Shown here piece by piece: positions 11,857 through 23,300 of a stretch of 64,000 bases of DNA. The notes under the pieces are model-generated. The model ran no database searches. It was not told the origin of the DNA and saw only the letters and a program-made list of their open reading frames with translations. A program made the position numbers and the translations under genes. Source of the stretch: Porphyridium purpureum (taxonomy: Eukaryota); the NCBI GenBank assembly GCA_008690995.1, contig VRMN01000001.1:2666001-2730000 (forward strand). The letters run 5' to 3'. How positions within the stretch are numbered: the stretch's first letter is position 1; every line of letters begins with the position of its first letter.

Positions 11857-12834
11857 CTAGAAGACTCGTTTCTGCTGCTTCGACGCCACGACTCCGTAAT
11901 GATCAATCAAATCACTGATGTCCGAGAGTGCCTTTGTGGTTGCGGCCATCAGCGTTTTGATGGACCCATCCACATGCTCGCGCTGCAGGCTCTGCTCCAG
12001 TGCCTGCGGCTTGAGCATACGCACGCAAGCACACACGCTGGCAATTCTGCGCATGATATCGCGATCCATTGGCGTGCGATGCTCATGCACATCGGCCACG
12101 TAGCTGCGCACGACGCCAATGAGGCGCTGAAGTACTGATACAGCATTCAGCGCAGAGTTTAAGAACTGCAGGAGCTCGGCACCCTGCCCTTGTTCTATCG
12201 AGGTTGTGCGGTGCGTCACATGATCCATGGCCACGTGCTCCGATGCCTCACTCGCGTAGGCATGCTGAATTTGCGCAAACTGGAATGAATCTGAAGCCGG
12301 TGCCGAAAAGGACTCTTCGTAGAGAGCCAAAGGCAGCTCCTTGATTAGCCGGTCGGACCGCCGCGGCGTTGGATCCATCAATTCGAACGGGTTGAATAGA
12401 AGCATCAAGAAAGAGTCGCCGCGTTCAATTCCGATCCGTTCGGCTAATTCTCTGTGCAACTCCTTGCACGAACTCGGAATCTGCGAAGGCAGTGGCGGTC
12501 CGCCTTCAGATGCCGTCGGCTCTAGCGTACGGTACCAGCCCACGACATCGTACTGCGGAAAGACCTTTTTGTACTGCTCCGCTCTGACAGAGAGGAACGC
12601 GGCGTCCACTTGTATTTCATTACTAGCCCCAGTGTCCACCATCAAAGACTCGTTTTGCGGCAGCGCGGAAAGCTCGAAGCTGTGATGCAGCTCCACTAGC
12701 CGTGCCTTCTGAATCCCCAGCAATAAGCCAATTGCCGTCGCACTCGCCGCGGGCCCGTGCCCAGCGTGAGACGCCAAGCGCGTGACATGGTCCGAGATGT
12801 TCATCAGCACCAGCGGGTGCACAAGCGCAGACAT
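11857..12834 (-). CDS. CSN6: COP9 signalosome subunit 6 (non-catalytic MPN domain)
   Basis: VHPLVLMNISDHVTR, IGLLLGIQ, HSFEL, EQYKKVFPQYDVVGWY and SEHVAMDHV; likely ATG at 12834. Confidence 0.9.
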   Translation of the reverse strand: MSALVHPLVLMNISDHVTRLASHAGHGPAASATAIGLLLGIQKARLVELHHSFELSALPQNESLMVDTGASNEIQVDAAFLSVRAEQYKKVFPQYDVVGWYRTLEPTASEGGPPLPSQIPSSCKELHRELAERIGIERGDSFLMLLFNPFELMDPTPRRSDRLIKELPLALYEESFSAPASDSFQFAQIQHAYASEASEHVAMDHVTHRTTSIEQGQGAELLQFLNSALNAVSVLQRLIGVVRSYVADVHEHRTPMDRDIMRRIASVCACVRMLKPQALEQSLQREHVDGSIKTLMAATTKALSDISDLIDHYGVVASKQQKRVF

Positions 12835-12941
12835 CGTGTGCGTCCTCTCACAACACCTACGGTCGTCGGGACTAGTCAATCGATTTACTCCGCACACCTT
12901 GTCTATCAAACTGCGATCGGTGGCGACGAGGATGAGACGAA

Positions 12942-14297
12942 ATGGATGCATTTATATCGGCGTGCACGCCTGCATCCAGATGTCATTGCCGTCCCCGTGT
13001 GCGCACGCGGCCATTCCGACAGTGGCACTCTGCGCGGCGCGTGTTCACCAGGGCCAGCGCCGTGGCGGGGAATGGTGAACCGATTGGGAACGAGTCGACC
13101 ATGGGAGATGCTGTAGAACTCGTGGGGCATCTGGAGGCAGGAAACGCCATGCTCGAATCCGTTGGGATCAAAAGAAATAGGACCAAGTCATCATCCGTGC
13201 GGCATGAGGAACCAATGCGGATCAAGCCCTTGCTGCTGTACGGGGAGCCTGGACTCGGCAAGTCGGTCGCAGTATTGTGGCTCCTTGAGAAGAAAGAGAT
13301 GCGCGACCGCCGCGTCGTGCGGATCGACCTCTCATCAGGAGTAGACTTGATGGATGCGGAAGCTGCGCGCCTGATACGTAATCAGGTCACCTCCGCCACA
13401 GGAAAGTCTGATTCCAAGTTATGCATTGTGTTGGATTGCACCTGGCACAGCTGTGTCGTAGTCAAAAGCGACCAGGCCGGGGCTCTTGTATCTTTGATTT
13501 CGTCTGCCATACTGCCGGAGAGCGATGACGAGCAGAAAGTGTTTCTGGAGGACAGTGTGGTGATCGTAGTTGTCGATACTCCGGCATGCTTTCCATTGGA
13601 AGAGGCCAAGTTTTACTTCCGTGAGTATGGGATGCGTGAGATTGGGGATCTGAATAATTTCTCATTGATTCCGTTCTTTCATCTGCGTTCTGCGGAAATC
13701 GAACAGGTGCTGACGGCGGTTTGCAAGCAGCGCAACGTAGAGCCGCAGCAAGTCGTGGAGAACCGCAACGCAAGATTGATCGGCGCCGGATCACCAGGAA
13801 AAATCATCGAGACTTACTTCAAGTTTCAAGAGCTTGAAAGTGCAGGCTTTGCGCCCGTCGTGTGGAATTTTGCGTCAGAAGTTTGCATTGGCGTATACGA
13901 CAGACAAAAAGGCACTGAGCGTCGCTCGCTGACGTTGCTCGATATTCTTTTGACTTCAAAAACTCTTGCCAAATCGAATGAAGATTTGTGGCTATTGCAG
14001 GCCATGGAGGATAAGGCCATGGCCTTGTTTAGCTTCAAACGCATCGAAATGAAGGAGACCGTCCCTTCGGGTGATCTCTCAGATAGTGGCCGACTGGCGA
14101 AAGAAAAATTCGAAGATACGGTCGCACAGTTGCTCCTTGCATATTCTCAGGCGAGGGAATCATTTGAGCTAAACAATAAGAGCGGCGGTATGCGGCCTCC
14201 AGCAGACTTGGTGTGGAGCCAGCTTTTGCTGCAAGTGTCTGGATTTGTGTCGAGCCGTCGGCGCAAGGGGGATCGCGCAAAGTTTTTTCAGTTTTGA
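12942..14297 (+). CDS. Plastid-targeted AAA+ clamp-loader-like protein, DNA polymerase III delta-prime (HolB)-like
   Basis: MDAF.. Arg/Ser-rich transit peptide; P-loop LLYGEPGLGKS; IPFFHLRSAEIEQVL, GAGSPGKII and DLVWSQLLL resemble cyanobacterial HolB motifs as recalled. Confidence 0.62.
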   Translation: MDAFISACTPASRCHCRPRVRTRPFRQWHSARRVFTRASAVAGNGEPIGNESTMGDAVELVGHLEAGNAMLESVGIKRNRTKSSSVRHEEPMRIKPLLLYGEPGLGKSVAVLWLLEKKEMRDRRVVRIDLSSGVDLMDAEAARLIRNQVTSATGKSDSKLCIVLDCTWHSCVVVKSDQAGALVSLISSAILPESDDEQKVFLEDSVVIVVVDTPACFPLEEAKFYFREYGMREIGDLNNFSLIPFFHLRSAEIEQVLTAVCKQRNVEPQQVVENRNARLIGAGSPGKIIETYFKFQELESAGFAPVVWNFASEVCIGVYDRQKGTERRSLTLLDILLTSKTLAKSNEDLWLLQAMEDKAMALFSFKRIEMKETVPSGDLSDSGRLAKEKFEDTVAQLLLAYSQARESFELNNKSGGMRPPADLVWSQLLLQVSGFVSSRRRKGDRAKFFQF

Positions 14298-14318
14298 GAA
14301 CAATGGACGAATCTAACT

Positions 14319-15827
14319 TTACACTTGTATCATTGATGAGAGATCAAACACGCGAGCGGTGCAGTCATCACTGACAGAGACGACCAACGCACGTTTCAAT
14401 TGGGCATGAACATGCGCATCCATGCCGAGAATAGGCTGATTATGTGCTTTGATATCAAGCAGAAGCGCGCCGTTGCTCGCTGCCCACACTTTGATCCGGC
14501 CGTCCACTCCGCACGACGCAAAGCTGAGCTGGTTTTCAAGCCACGCGAGCTTTGTAATGCATCCTTCATGCGCATCCGCAAGCTGGTATCGCACTGCGCC
14601 CCCGCTCGCGCCGCCACCCATGCCCACATCCCACGCCACAATCGAGCCATCCGTTGCTCCGCTGATTGCAATCAGTGGTGTACCGCCGATGAGTACTGAC
14701 TCCACGCTACAATCGTCAAGACTGCGCAGCTCCGCGTGATCCATACTCGCGACCAATCGGCTCGTCTCAAGAGAGACAAGGTGCAGTTGCCCGTCGCCAG
14801 CCCCACACAATGCGAGCGACTGGTGCAATGCCATGCACAGGATCCCATCGCGGGAGGATTCTTTCTCGGTCTGCTCGTCATCAACGCCACTTTGTATTTG
14901 GCTATCGTCTCCCTCATCCATGGCGTCCCTCGCATCTTCATCGTCCTCGTCGTCCTCGTCGTCCTCGTCGTCCTCGTCTTCCTCGTCGTCGAGGTCAACC
15001 TTTTTGAAAGGAAATTCAACTTTGGCAAGCTTCGCACCGGACTTGGGATCCCACAAAATGAGACTTCCATCCTGCGATGCCGTGACTATCTTGTGACCAT
15101 CTGGCGTAAAATCGCCCACCGTTACAGGTGCATTGTGCCCAACGAAAATATGGCTCGCTTCAAGATGACCGCGGCCTTGCTTCGTGACCATCCACATGTA
15201 AACCATGCCGTCTTCGCTACCAGCGATGAGTGCTGGACCGCGTGGGTGCCACCGCACCCACTCGATTGAGGCAGACGTGTTTTCGGCCGTCCCGACTTGC
15301 TCCTTTTCCGCTACCCGATACACAAACAAGTTTCCGTTCAGCGCGCCAGCGGCAACAAGTGATGAACAGCTGTCAATAGCCACGCAAGATATCGACTCGG
15401 AGAACCCACCGATCTCGAAAAGGGACTCGAATGACCACCGCGCTATCTTTGTCACCACAGGAGCAGCAGGGCCACCGCCTTCGCCACTGCTACCAAGAGC
15501 AGGCGCAGAGGTTCCAGGTGACATGGTGTTCATTTCGTCCTCCGCGCTGGGCGTGAGCGCGTACAACATGGTCACGTCATCACCTCCCCCGGTTACCACA
15601 AGCACAGACGATGCCGCGAGCTCGGAAATGGCCACGCAGTACACGGAGTCTGTGTGATCATCCAAGACAACCGCCGCATCATCCTCTAACTCGTCTTCCT
15701 CCTCAGACAAGTAATCATCATCGCCTCCCTCAGGCTCCTCAGCACCCGCTTCTCCGGGTCCCGGGACATGCACGTACTCGGTCTCTGCGGTCTCCACAAA
15801 AACGTCGGCCTCCTCCTTTTTCTCCAT
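14319..15827 (-). CDS. SQT1: WD40 ribosome assembly factor, SQT1/AAMP-like
   Basis: Acidic N-terminus, HTDSVYCV, TGGGDD, IEWVRWHPRGPALIAGSEDG.VYMW and GDFTPDG; multiple WD repeats. First ATG at 15827. Confidence 0.85.
   Translation of the reverse strand: MEKKEEADVFVETAETEYVHVPGPGEAGAEEPEGGDDDYLSEEEDELEDDAAVVLDDHTDSVYCVAISELAASSVLVVTGGGDDVTMLYALTPSAEDEMNTMSPGTSAPALGSSGEGGGPAAPVVTKIARWSFESLFEIGGFSESISCVAIDSCSSLVAAGALNGNLFVYRVAEKEQVGTAENTSASIEWVRWHPRGPALIAGSEDGMVYMWMVTKQGRGHLEASHIFVGHNAPVTVGDFTPDGHKIVTASQDGSLILWDPKSGAKLAKVEFPFKKVDLDDEEDEDDEDDEDDEDDEDARDAMDEGDDSQIQSGVDDEQTEKESSRDGILCMALHQSLALCGAGDGQLHLVSLETSRLVASMDHAELRSLDDCSVESVLIGGTPLIAISGATDGSIVAWDVGMGGGASGGAVRYQLADAHEGCITKLAWLENQLSFASCGVDGRIKVWAASNGALLLDIKAHNQPILGMDAHVHAQLKRALVVSVSDDCTARVFDLSSMIQV
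14941..14978. repeat. 9-bp tandem repeat (TCGTCCTCG)x~4 encoding an acidic DED tract in the WD40 gene
   Basis: Directly visible tandem array. Confidence 0.85.
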
Positions 15828-16466
15828 CGCGGCTGACGAACCAGGCTGCTGCTTCACAGTCTTTCTCCGATCGATCCGCACTCGGGCTGATGCCCGGTAC
15901 GCGTAAAAGACCACGGCTTTGTTTAGCCACAAACGGGCTTGATCGAACCGGAATTACGAGCACGGGTCTGATCGTCAGATGACGATGGGTGTGTGAACGG
16001 TAGGAAGGGCCGAGAAGCACTTCACGTGGCGGCGCGACCGTTCAGTCGTGAGAGTGGGAATCAGTCCCGCCGATTGTCTTGTTTGCGTTTGTTTTATACG
16101 TTCCTGCTAATACTACATACTAAATCAAATCAAATCAATCGTTCTATCAATCAATCTCCAAACAGAGAGGCAGCCTCTGTGAAAAGCAACGAGTGAACGT
16201 AAGCAGCTCACCACGCAACGTCTTCTAGTCCCGTCGCTGCCGTGGTCCTCGTCTTAAATGTCAAACCCGGCGCATCTCGTTTGTTCATGCCCTGCACCAA
16301 GCACAGCGCCACGCTCGCAAAGGAGCGGAAAATAAATATGAAAAAATCGAGCTCCCATCCCGCTCAGCCAAGCCGGCTGCCCATGCCTTTGAAGCGGAAA
16401 GAAACTCACAAATTAAAAAAAAGCTTCCTCGACATGTCAGCCTATGCGTGCAACCTCCTTCAATCC

Positions 16467-17327
16467 TTATGTGCGCGCCTCGCTCGGCTGAAGGAGACTA
16501 CTAACAGGCGAGTCGGCATCATTGCCCATGCGCTGGCGTCGACTGGGCGATTCAAGAACGTCGCAATCGTGGATACAAGCAAGACTGAACAGGTTCATCT
16601 CACTCTCGCGACTGCGCTTCTGATGCTGCAACAGCTTTGTCCCAGATAAATCGAGAAAAGACCAGTTCCGTCTCATCGGACCACTTGCGCTTTCGACAAA
16701 ATTTTCCGGGTTGCAAAAGTCTAGCTGGCTTTGTGGCCGCGCGCTTTTCGACAGGCGCCTGCGTCGGAGCGATGCAGCACTGCCAGATTTTCTGTATATT
16801 GCGCTAGCAGACACGGGAGCGTGCTCAAGTCGCGCCCTCGGCTTCTCCTCGCTCGGACACACTCGCGACGTGTCAGTTTGTATGGGCCGTGAAGGATGAC
16901 ATTGTCGTTGTCCCTCGTGCTCGTGCTGTTGTTCTTGCTGCTCATGAGGCCGAGGTGATGACCCGCGGGCCACAGTCCCTAGCACTCCACTTTCACACGC
17001 GTCGCTGTCCACCGAGCACGATGACTCGCGCGACATGGACATTTGCGAGTCCTCACTGCTTGCCATTTCTACGGGTGGTACCAACCGTCCAAGCGGAATC
17101 GGGTTTTGCCGAAAGTACCGCTGACTCGCGACAAAGCGCGACATCAGCGGCGAAGCCACGCAGCGAAGCGCCGCCACATTACTTCCGTCGCCGTCATTTC
17201 TCCATGAGGCGCGCCTCTCCGGTGACGCCGGCGGCTTCCCGAGCATGGGCACTGACACGGCGCCCATCTCCACCCCTATGCTGCGAGTTTTTAAGCGTTC
17301 CTCCACCAGAACCGACGCCTCCCCCAT
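16467..17327 (-). CDS. Hypothetical Ser/Arg-rich disordered protein
   Basis: 286-aa ATG ORF with kinase-site-like motifs (RRASW, RRLSKS, RRNWSFLDL); no domain recognised. Confidence 0.6.
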   Translation of the reverse strand: MGEASVLVEERLKTRSIGVEMGAVSVPMLGKPPASPERRASWRNDGDGSNVAALRCVASPLMSRFVASQRYFRQNPIPLGRLVPPVEMASSEDSQMSMSRESSCSVDSDACESGVLGTVARGSSPRPHEQQEQQHEHEGQRQCHPSRPIQTDTSRVCPSEEKPRARLEHAPVSASAIYRKSGSAASLRRRRLSKSARPQSQLDFCNPENFVESASGPMRRNWSFLDLSGTKLLQHQKRSRESEMNLFSLACIHDCDVLESPSRRQRMGNDADSPVSSLLQPSEART

Positions 17328-18935
17328 TCAGCCGCGCCGCGCAACGCTTGTGCGCAAAGACGACGCCTAGGTGCTCTGCTGCTCAGCGTCGAGCGCCGTT
17401 TCGTTTTCCTTGTCACCCGTCGACTTTCTCTCGTCGCCGTCGGCCACGCACCTCTATCCACGCTGCATCCCCCGCGGCCACCCAACCACATGCACGCACA
17501 AGCCCGGAAGCACCTCACACGTCGCTTCTCCCTTCGCTCACACGCACATAAGTGTGTGCCGGTTAGTCCGACCTCGCACTTATACGACTTGCTTCCAATG
17601 CGGGGCGCAATGACGCAGGCGCGTGCATCTATATTCGAAGAACCCCAAAGGAACCAAAAAGGAGGCGATCGTTCCCCTCCTTAATTGTTTGCTTATACGC
17701 TCGCGTGGGTGCTGGAGGGGGTTGGGCTTTTTTGGGATAACACCTTCTGTATGCAAATCACAAAAGAGCCCAGATTTCGGCGCAGATAAAAAGCCCGTGT
17801 TCACTGCTCCGTCACCTCTGTGCGCTGCTTCACATCACGCCGCAGCAGCACCATGCCTTAGACCGCACTGTTTTCATAACCCCATCCACTGCATCTGCTA
17901 TGCAAACCGCACCGCCCGCTCTCTAACCGTCGCGCTGGAGACGCGTTGTTGCGTTGTTTCGTTATTCCTCGTACTCCACGCGTGGCGGCTGCGCACCACA
18001 GCCCGGCATGGACGTGGAATCTGTTTTGTGGTCGCCGCAACGCATTCGATGGCTGCCAGCGAATGAGCGAGTTGATCCCAAAAACGAAAGAGAAAAAAGA
18101 AGAACAAAAAACAATCGGAATTAGTGAACATGTGCGCTGAAACTCCTCCCAGAATAAGGAACCACGTGCGCGCAAGGAAATGACCCCAGATCATGAATCT
18201 CCGCATACCATGGAGACTTCCTGCGTGGGGCGGACGCGTGGCGGTACGCCTTCTCGAGACAGAATTTGAGCCGGCTTTGCGCGGCTTGGCTGCGTGCGTA
18301 GTGAAAGAATAGATAGGCAGATCGAGGGTTGCGTGGGCTTGAAAGGCCGGATGCCAGCCGCTCCGAGGGGTGGCGCGCGGGGTACGCCGCTTCGCTCCTG
18401 TTCTGTGCTCAGCGGAGTGGCATGCTCCGCCCACCGAGGTGACGCTTGGCCCCGGCTGACGTCTTTCGAGTGGAGTGGTGGATGGCTCCCCTCTGTGATG
18501 AGTGGACGCGTACATCAGTCAGGCCCGAATCTCGCAGCGCGTATCCAAAACGTCATGCCGTATACGTCGCTTCCGCGCCACTGGGGAAACGGTCGACCCC
18601 ATGCTAATCTCGTGATCCCTGCTTTTATTCATAGACTTGAGCATCACATGCGATCACATTGCACCTTGGTCTTGCGGCTGACTGACAGTATCTCAAAGCA
18701 CAACGAATCTCAATGAGAATCTCGCGAGACGCGACCATGGCAAGCGTGTCTCTCTGTTGCTGTTCCGCACGAGACGTTTGCCTACTTCGCACGTGAGAAA
18801 CCTTTACCAACTGGAATGCGCGCTTCGCGGCCGGCCTCCTTCTGCGCTCGCACACGAAGTGCTTCTCGCGCCTTCGAGACTCATTATCACGTCACGATTT
18901 GTCCACCCAACGGCGTACCGCAAGTCAAAGCCAGA

Positions 18936-19856
18936 CTAGCTGGACTTCTTGGGCGCAACTCCTGATTTGCCGGCAGCCGATACCGGCGCCTTGTATCGAG
19001 GTGCGACGGCTGTTTTCGACTTGACGAACCGAGACAGAACTAGTAGCGCGAGAATCACGATGATCGGCGCGTACTGCTTCAGCTGACTAGAGCCAGTCGA
19101 TTCGCGTAGATCTTCCATCGTGGTAGCGCGCGACCCCAGCATGAGCAAAGTCGAGCTACTGATCCCGCTGCCGTCCATCAAGCCGCCCTCCAGCTCGACG
19201 TGCAAATGGATGCTGAAGTGGTTGTTGTCACTGAACAGGAGCTCGTAGCTTCCGTGCTCAGCATTCAGCTGCCACCTGCCGCTCGCAAATCGCGTCTTGC
19301 TGTACCAGGTGCATTGCAGCCGCACGTCCAGAAACGGCAAGAGCTCGAGGAGTGGCGGCTCGGCGTCGTCGTGATCAATAGCATCCACAAAGCCCGCTAC
19401 CAAAAACTCAGACTCATTCTGCGAATGCGCGCGTATCTCAATACTTGCCTCCGGAAGCATGCCGCCCTGCGCATCGTAGCGCATCACCGTACCTGTTGCT
19501 ATTCCGACCAGTTCCTTCTCCTCCTGCGCTTCCTGCTCTCCAGTGGCACCGGCGCTGAGACCGGGCCGCCCGAACACAAACCAGTGCTCACATCCCACAA
19601 ACTTCTCGGCCGCCGGACCACCTGCCAGTGTGCGGTCGATCTGGATCCTGTCCACCCACCACTCGCCCAGGAACAAACCGACGGCATCGGCACTCAGATA
19701 CGAATCACGGCTCACGGTATCCGTGCCCGTCGCCAACCCGCGCTGCGCATCCACGCCCCTTCCAATTCCCAGTTCAAAGCCAGTGCGGTCCCATATCGCC
19801 CTGGGTGCGCACAATATTAACGTCCCCACCCACACCAACGAGATCACAGCCTTCAT
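18936..19856 (-). CDS. Hypothetical type-I membrane protein (signal peptide plus C-terminal TM)
   Basis: Hydrophobic N-terminus MKAVISLVWVGTLILCA; TM YAPIIVILALLVLSRF; tail ends KKSS, matching the KKxx ER-retrieval motif. Confidence 0.75.
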   Translation of the reverse strand: MKAVISLVWVGTLILCAPRAIWDRTGFELGIGRGVDAQRGLATGTDTVSRDSYLSADAVGLFLGEWWVDRIQIDRTLAGGPAAEKFVGCEHWFVFGRPGLSAGATGEQEAQEEKELVGIATGTVMRYDAQGGMLPEASIEIRAHSQNESEFLVAGFVDAIDHDDAEPPLLELLPFLDVRLQCTWYSKTRFASGRWQLNAEHGSYELLFSDNNHFSIHLHVELEGGLMDGSGISSSTLLMLGSRATTMEDLRESTGSSQLKQYAPIIVILALLVLSRFVKSKTAVAPRYKAPVSAAGKSGVAPKKSS

Positions 19857-20330
19857 GCTTCGATTCGCTGCGTCGCTTGCCGCCCGCGTGCTCCTTTTTT
19901 ACCCAGCACCACTCTCGCGCACACGCACGTTCGCCCCGCCCAAAACGCAAAATTCGGCTAAACGGCGTTGCGGCTCCGGACCGATAAGCTTCTGACCAGT
20001 TCACTGTACTTATCGCATGAATTCCAATAGTGTACAGTGGCTTGAGGTGCTGTGGCACGCATTTTCAAATTTTTGAAATCGGACCTACCCAGAGCGTGAA
20101 CGCGAGCGAGCTACATTCAGTTGCCATCCTGCCACAAGCTTGGAGAAATGTTGGCTCGGGAAAGTGTAGAGCGCGGTGCAAGGTGCGGCCACTGCGTGAG
20201 AGATCCCTTGCGCAGCCCGTTCTGACGCCAAGCCGCAAAGGGAACTTGTCGGATACCTTTTGGGCGAGGATTAGTCGCGCGCGCTTCAGAAATCCCCGAA
20301 CGAAAAGGCATCCGCGGCTGCTAGCGAACG

Positions 20331-23300
20331 ATGGAGCCGGCCAAAGCGGATATGGGTGCCATGCAGGCAGAGCTGCTGCGAGTACTAGAGCAGAGAGGCG
20401 ATGAGAATGAAGGCTCTCGTCCCTATGGCATGAGTGAAAGTGTGCTGCAGTACCTGACCGTGCGCGAGACGCAATGGCCGAGCGTAGTCGAGAGTATGAG
20501 CAGGAATGATGCTCAAGGGCTCGCACAAGGCATTCATGCGCATTTGTGTACAGTCTTAGCGAGTATGGAGCGTTTTGGGAGAGATCGGGTCGCGCAGCTG
20601 GCAAGCAATGATCCGGACATTGCTCTGCTACAGGCGCTTGTCCAACTCGTTCTCCTACAGCTGCGCGACAAAAAGTCAAGCACGCCACCGGCGCTGATTG
20701 AATGTGTGAAGCTGTGTCACGAGTGGATGATGAACGTGCCCAAAGGAAGGACGCGAAACGCGCTGTGCCGTGTCTGCGAACAATACTGTGAGGACGGGCG
20801 ACCGACGCACGAAGCGCTAGTACCACGTGTGCTCAGTCTCTTACTTTCTGAGCTGAGAACGGGCGACCGCGAGAACGCCGACGGTGTGAAGAAAGGTTCT
20901 GCGAGCCTTGTGAAACGGATCTACTCATTGCGAAGCTGTCTTGTTGGCGTTGCCATGGACGACGACGAGCACAGGGAGCTGCGAGACGAGTTGATTGCGA
21001 GTATGGCGCATAAGAGCGTACTGGGCTGTAAGGAAGGACAGAAGCTTTCTGCGCAGCTTCTTTCGTCGGCCTCGCTATTTGGCGAGGAGTTTGTGGCTCT
21101 GCTACACAAATCGCTAAAAAATCAGCTACCCTTCTGCACGACGCTGTCGATGCCGCGCGCCATCGGAGAAGTTTACTTCATGGCATGGAAATACGCTACT
21201 CGTTTGAGCGACCGCGTATCTGTCAGCTTTCTTGAACATCACTGTCTTCGCGATCTTATGGAGAGTAGTCTATATGTACCAAGCAGGAAGACACAACTGG
21301 CGCAGAATCTGCGCGGCGTCATGACGGTCTTTCACGCCAAAAAGCAGGAAACTGGAGTGGACGACACGCTTTTACGACTTTATACACCGACACTATTTCA
21401 GTCGCTGCATGTGGCCAACGCCAGCGTACGCATGAACGCCGTGCATCTTTTTGTGGACTCTTTCCCGCTGGTTGATTCGAATCTCTCGCAGCCTGACTTT
21501 GAAGCGGCTTATCAAGCTCAGTGCGAGCACATACTTAAGGCCTTGCAAGACCCGGTGGTGGGCGTTCGTCTTGTGGCCGTGCAGGGCGCTTGCCGCGTCT
21601 TGCACTTGTACTGGAGCCTCATACCCCCGCTGGTGCTCAGTGCAGTCCTCAGGGAGCTTTGCCATCACCTTGCTTTTGACGCCGCGTCGAGCGCCGTGCG
21701 ACTGTCTGCACTCGAGGGACTCAAGTTTGTACTTGAAAACCATGAGTCACACGTGGCGCTTGCAAAGGGAAACTACTTGAAACACCTGGCGCCGCTTTTC
21801 CACGATGTCTCGGAGCGCGTGCGACTCGGATTCATGGACTTGCTTTCCGCGGTTCAAGCCAAGGTGACAATTGTTCGTTTCTTTGATGTTGTGCCAGTTC
21901 AGGAACTACTCGACCGACTGGCGGCTGACAAGGAAACTCGCATGGTCAAGTCTCATGTATCACGTCTTCTCGTGGAATGCTATTTTCCTCTGGAGCAGGG
22001 GAACGACCAGGCAAAACCGAACCTGGCACGCACACAGCTTATAAGGTGTCTGCTCTTGCTCAAGCAGAATGCTTCCGCGGCGCGCGCACTCTATCAGCAG
22101 ATCTACCTGCTTGTGCCCGCAGATGCGCTGACGCGCTTTGCAAAGGCGCTCGCGCGGGCATTGACGCACGCGCAGTTTCCGAAGGGCCTTATTCGAGACA
22201 TGGGCGGCGACAGCATTGTCCCTTTCCAAGCACAATGTATGGAGTTGCTTGCAGATGTCATCGATGGCGTTGTGAGCAATGGCACCAGTAGTGACAAGGG
22301 CAAAAACAAAAATCCATTCCTGCAAAGCCTTGAGAATGTCCTCGTGGAACAAGGCGTTCTGATGCAGCTGATACAAGGACATCCCGAATCGACACGATTC
22401 GTTGCGGCATGCTGGCGCGTTGCGTCCCATTTGCAGGCAGAGTGCTTGCCGCTTATGGACTCGGTCGAGCATTGGGCAAGTGAGCTATGGTGCATGTTTG
22501 AGTCCAAAAACATTGCGGGTATGATTGGCGTACTCGAGGCCGCAATCCGATGGGGTCACAACGCACATTTGGTCCAAGTTGTGTCTGGCTGGATACTGGC
22601 CGCGACCGAAGATGCTTCCACGGACAATTCAAACTTGGAGTCAACAGCTGCCAGCAAGATGAGCCATAAGCGAAGGCGTCGAGGGGCGCGCAGCGCGGCT
22701 GAGCCCAGCCATGTGACCCGGGAAGAGATTGCTGGCGACGCGCTGCGGGGAGAACAGAGCTGCATCATAACTAGTGCACCAAGAGAAACAATGGAAAAGG
22801 CATTTCTTGCATGTGCCGTGCTGGACCACATCCTTTCCAGACGCGAACTCCACGTCAAATGGTTGGAAGATATTTCCACAGAGCAGCTGCACCACCTCAC
22901 ACAAGCACTTACGAGCTTGGTGGCGAGTGCCGCTCGCCGCGCATCTCTCACCAACGCGACAGAAGTGCGAGCGGCGCTCTTGTCGGCTCGTGCGCTTGCT
23001 GTGGTGCTCAGAATAGGATTGTTGGTCTCTTGCACCGATCAGGCAACACAGGCAAGTAAGATTACGGCACACGCTGTGTCGCTCTCTAGCTGGCCGGTAC
23101 TCGCACGGGAAGGGATGAGCATTGCGACAGAGGCGCGCGCGAGCAAAAATCACAAACTTTGGTGCTTGCTTTCAAATGTCCTGCTCGCGCTTACTGTACA
23201 GGCACAATCGGCCGGTTTGGTTGACATGTCAAACTACACGCATCTGGAGGCCATTCTATCCTCTTTGGAAGCAGTCAATCATGTTCATGACGAAACGATG

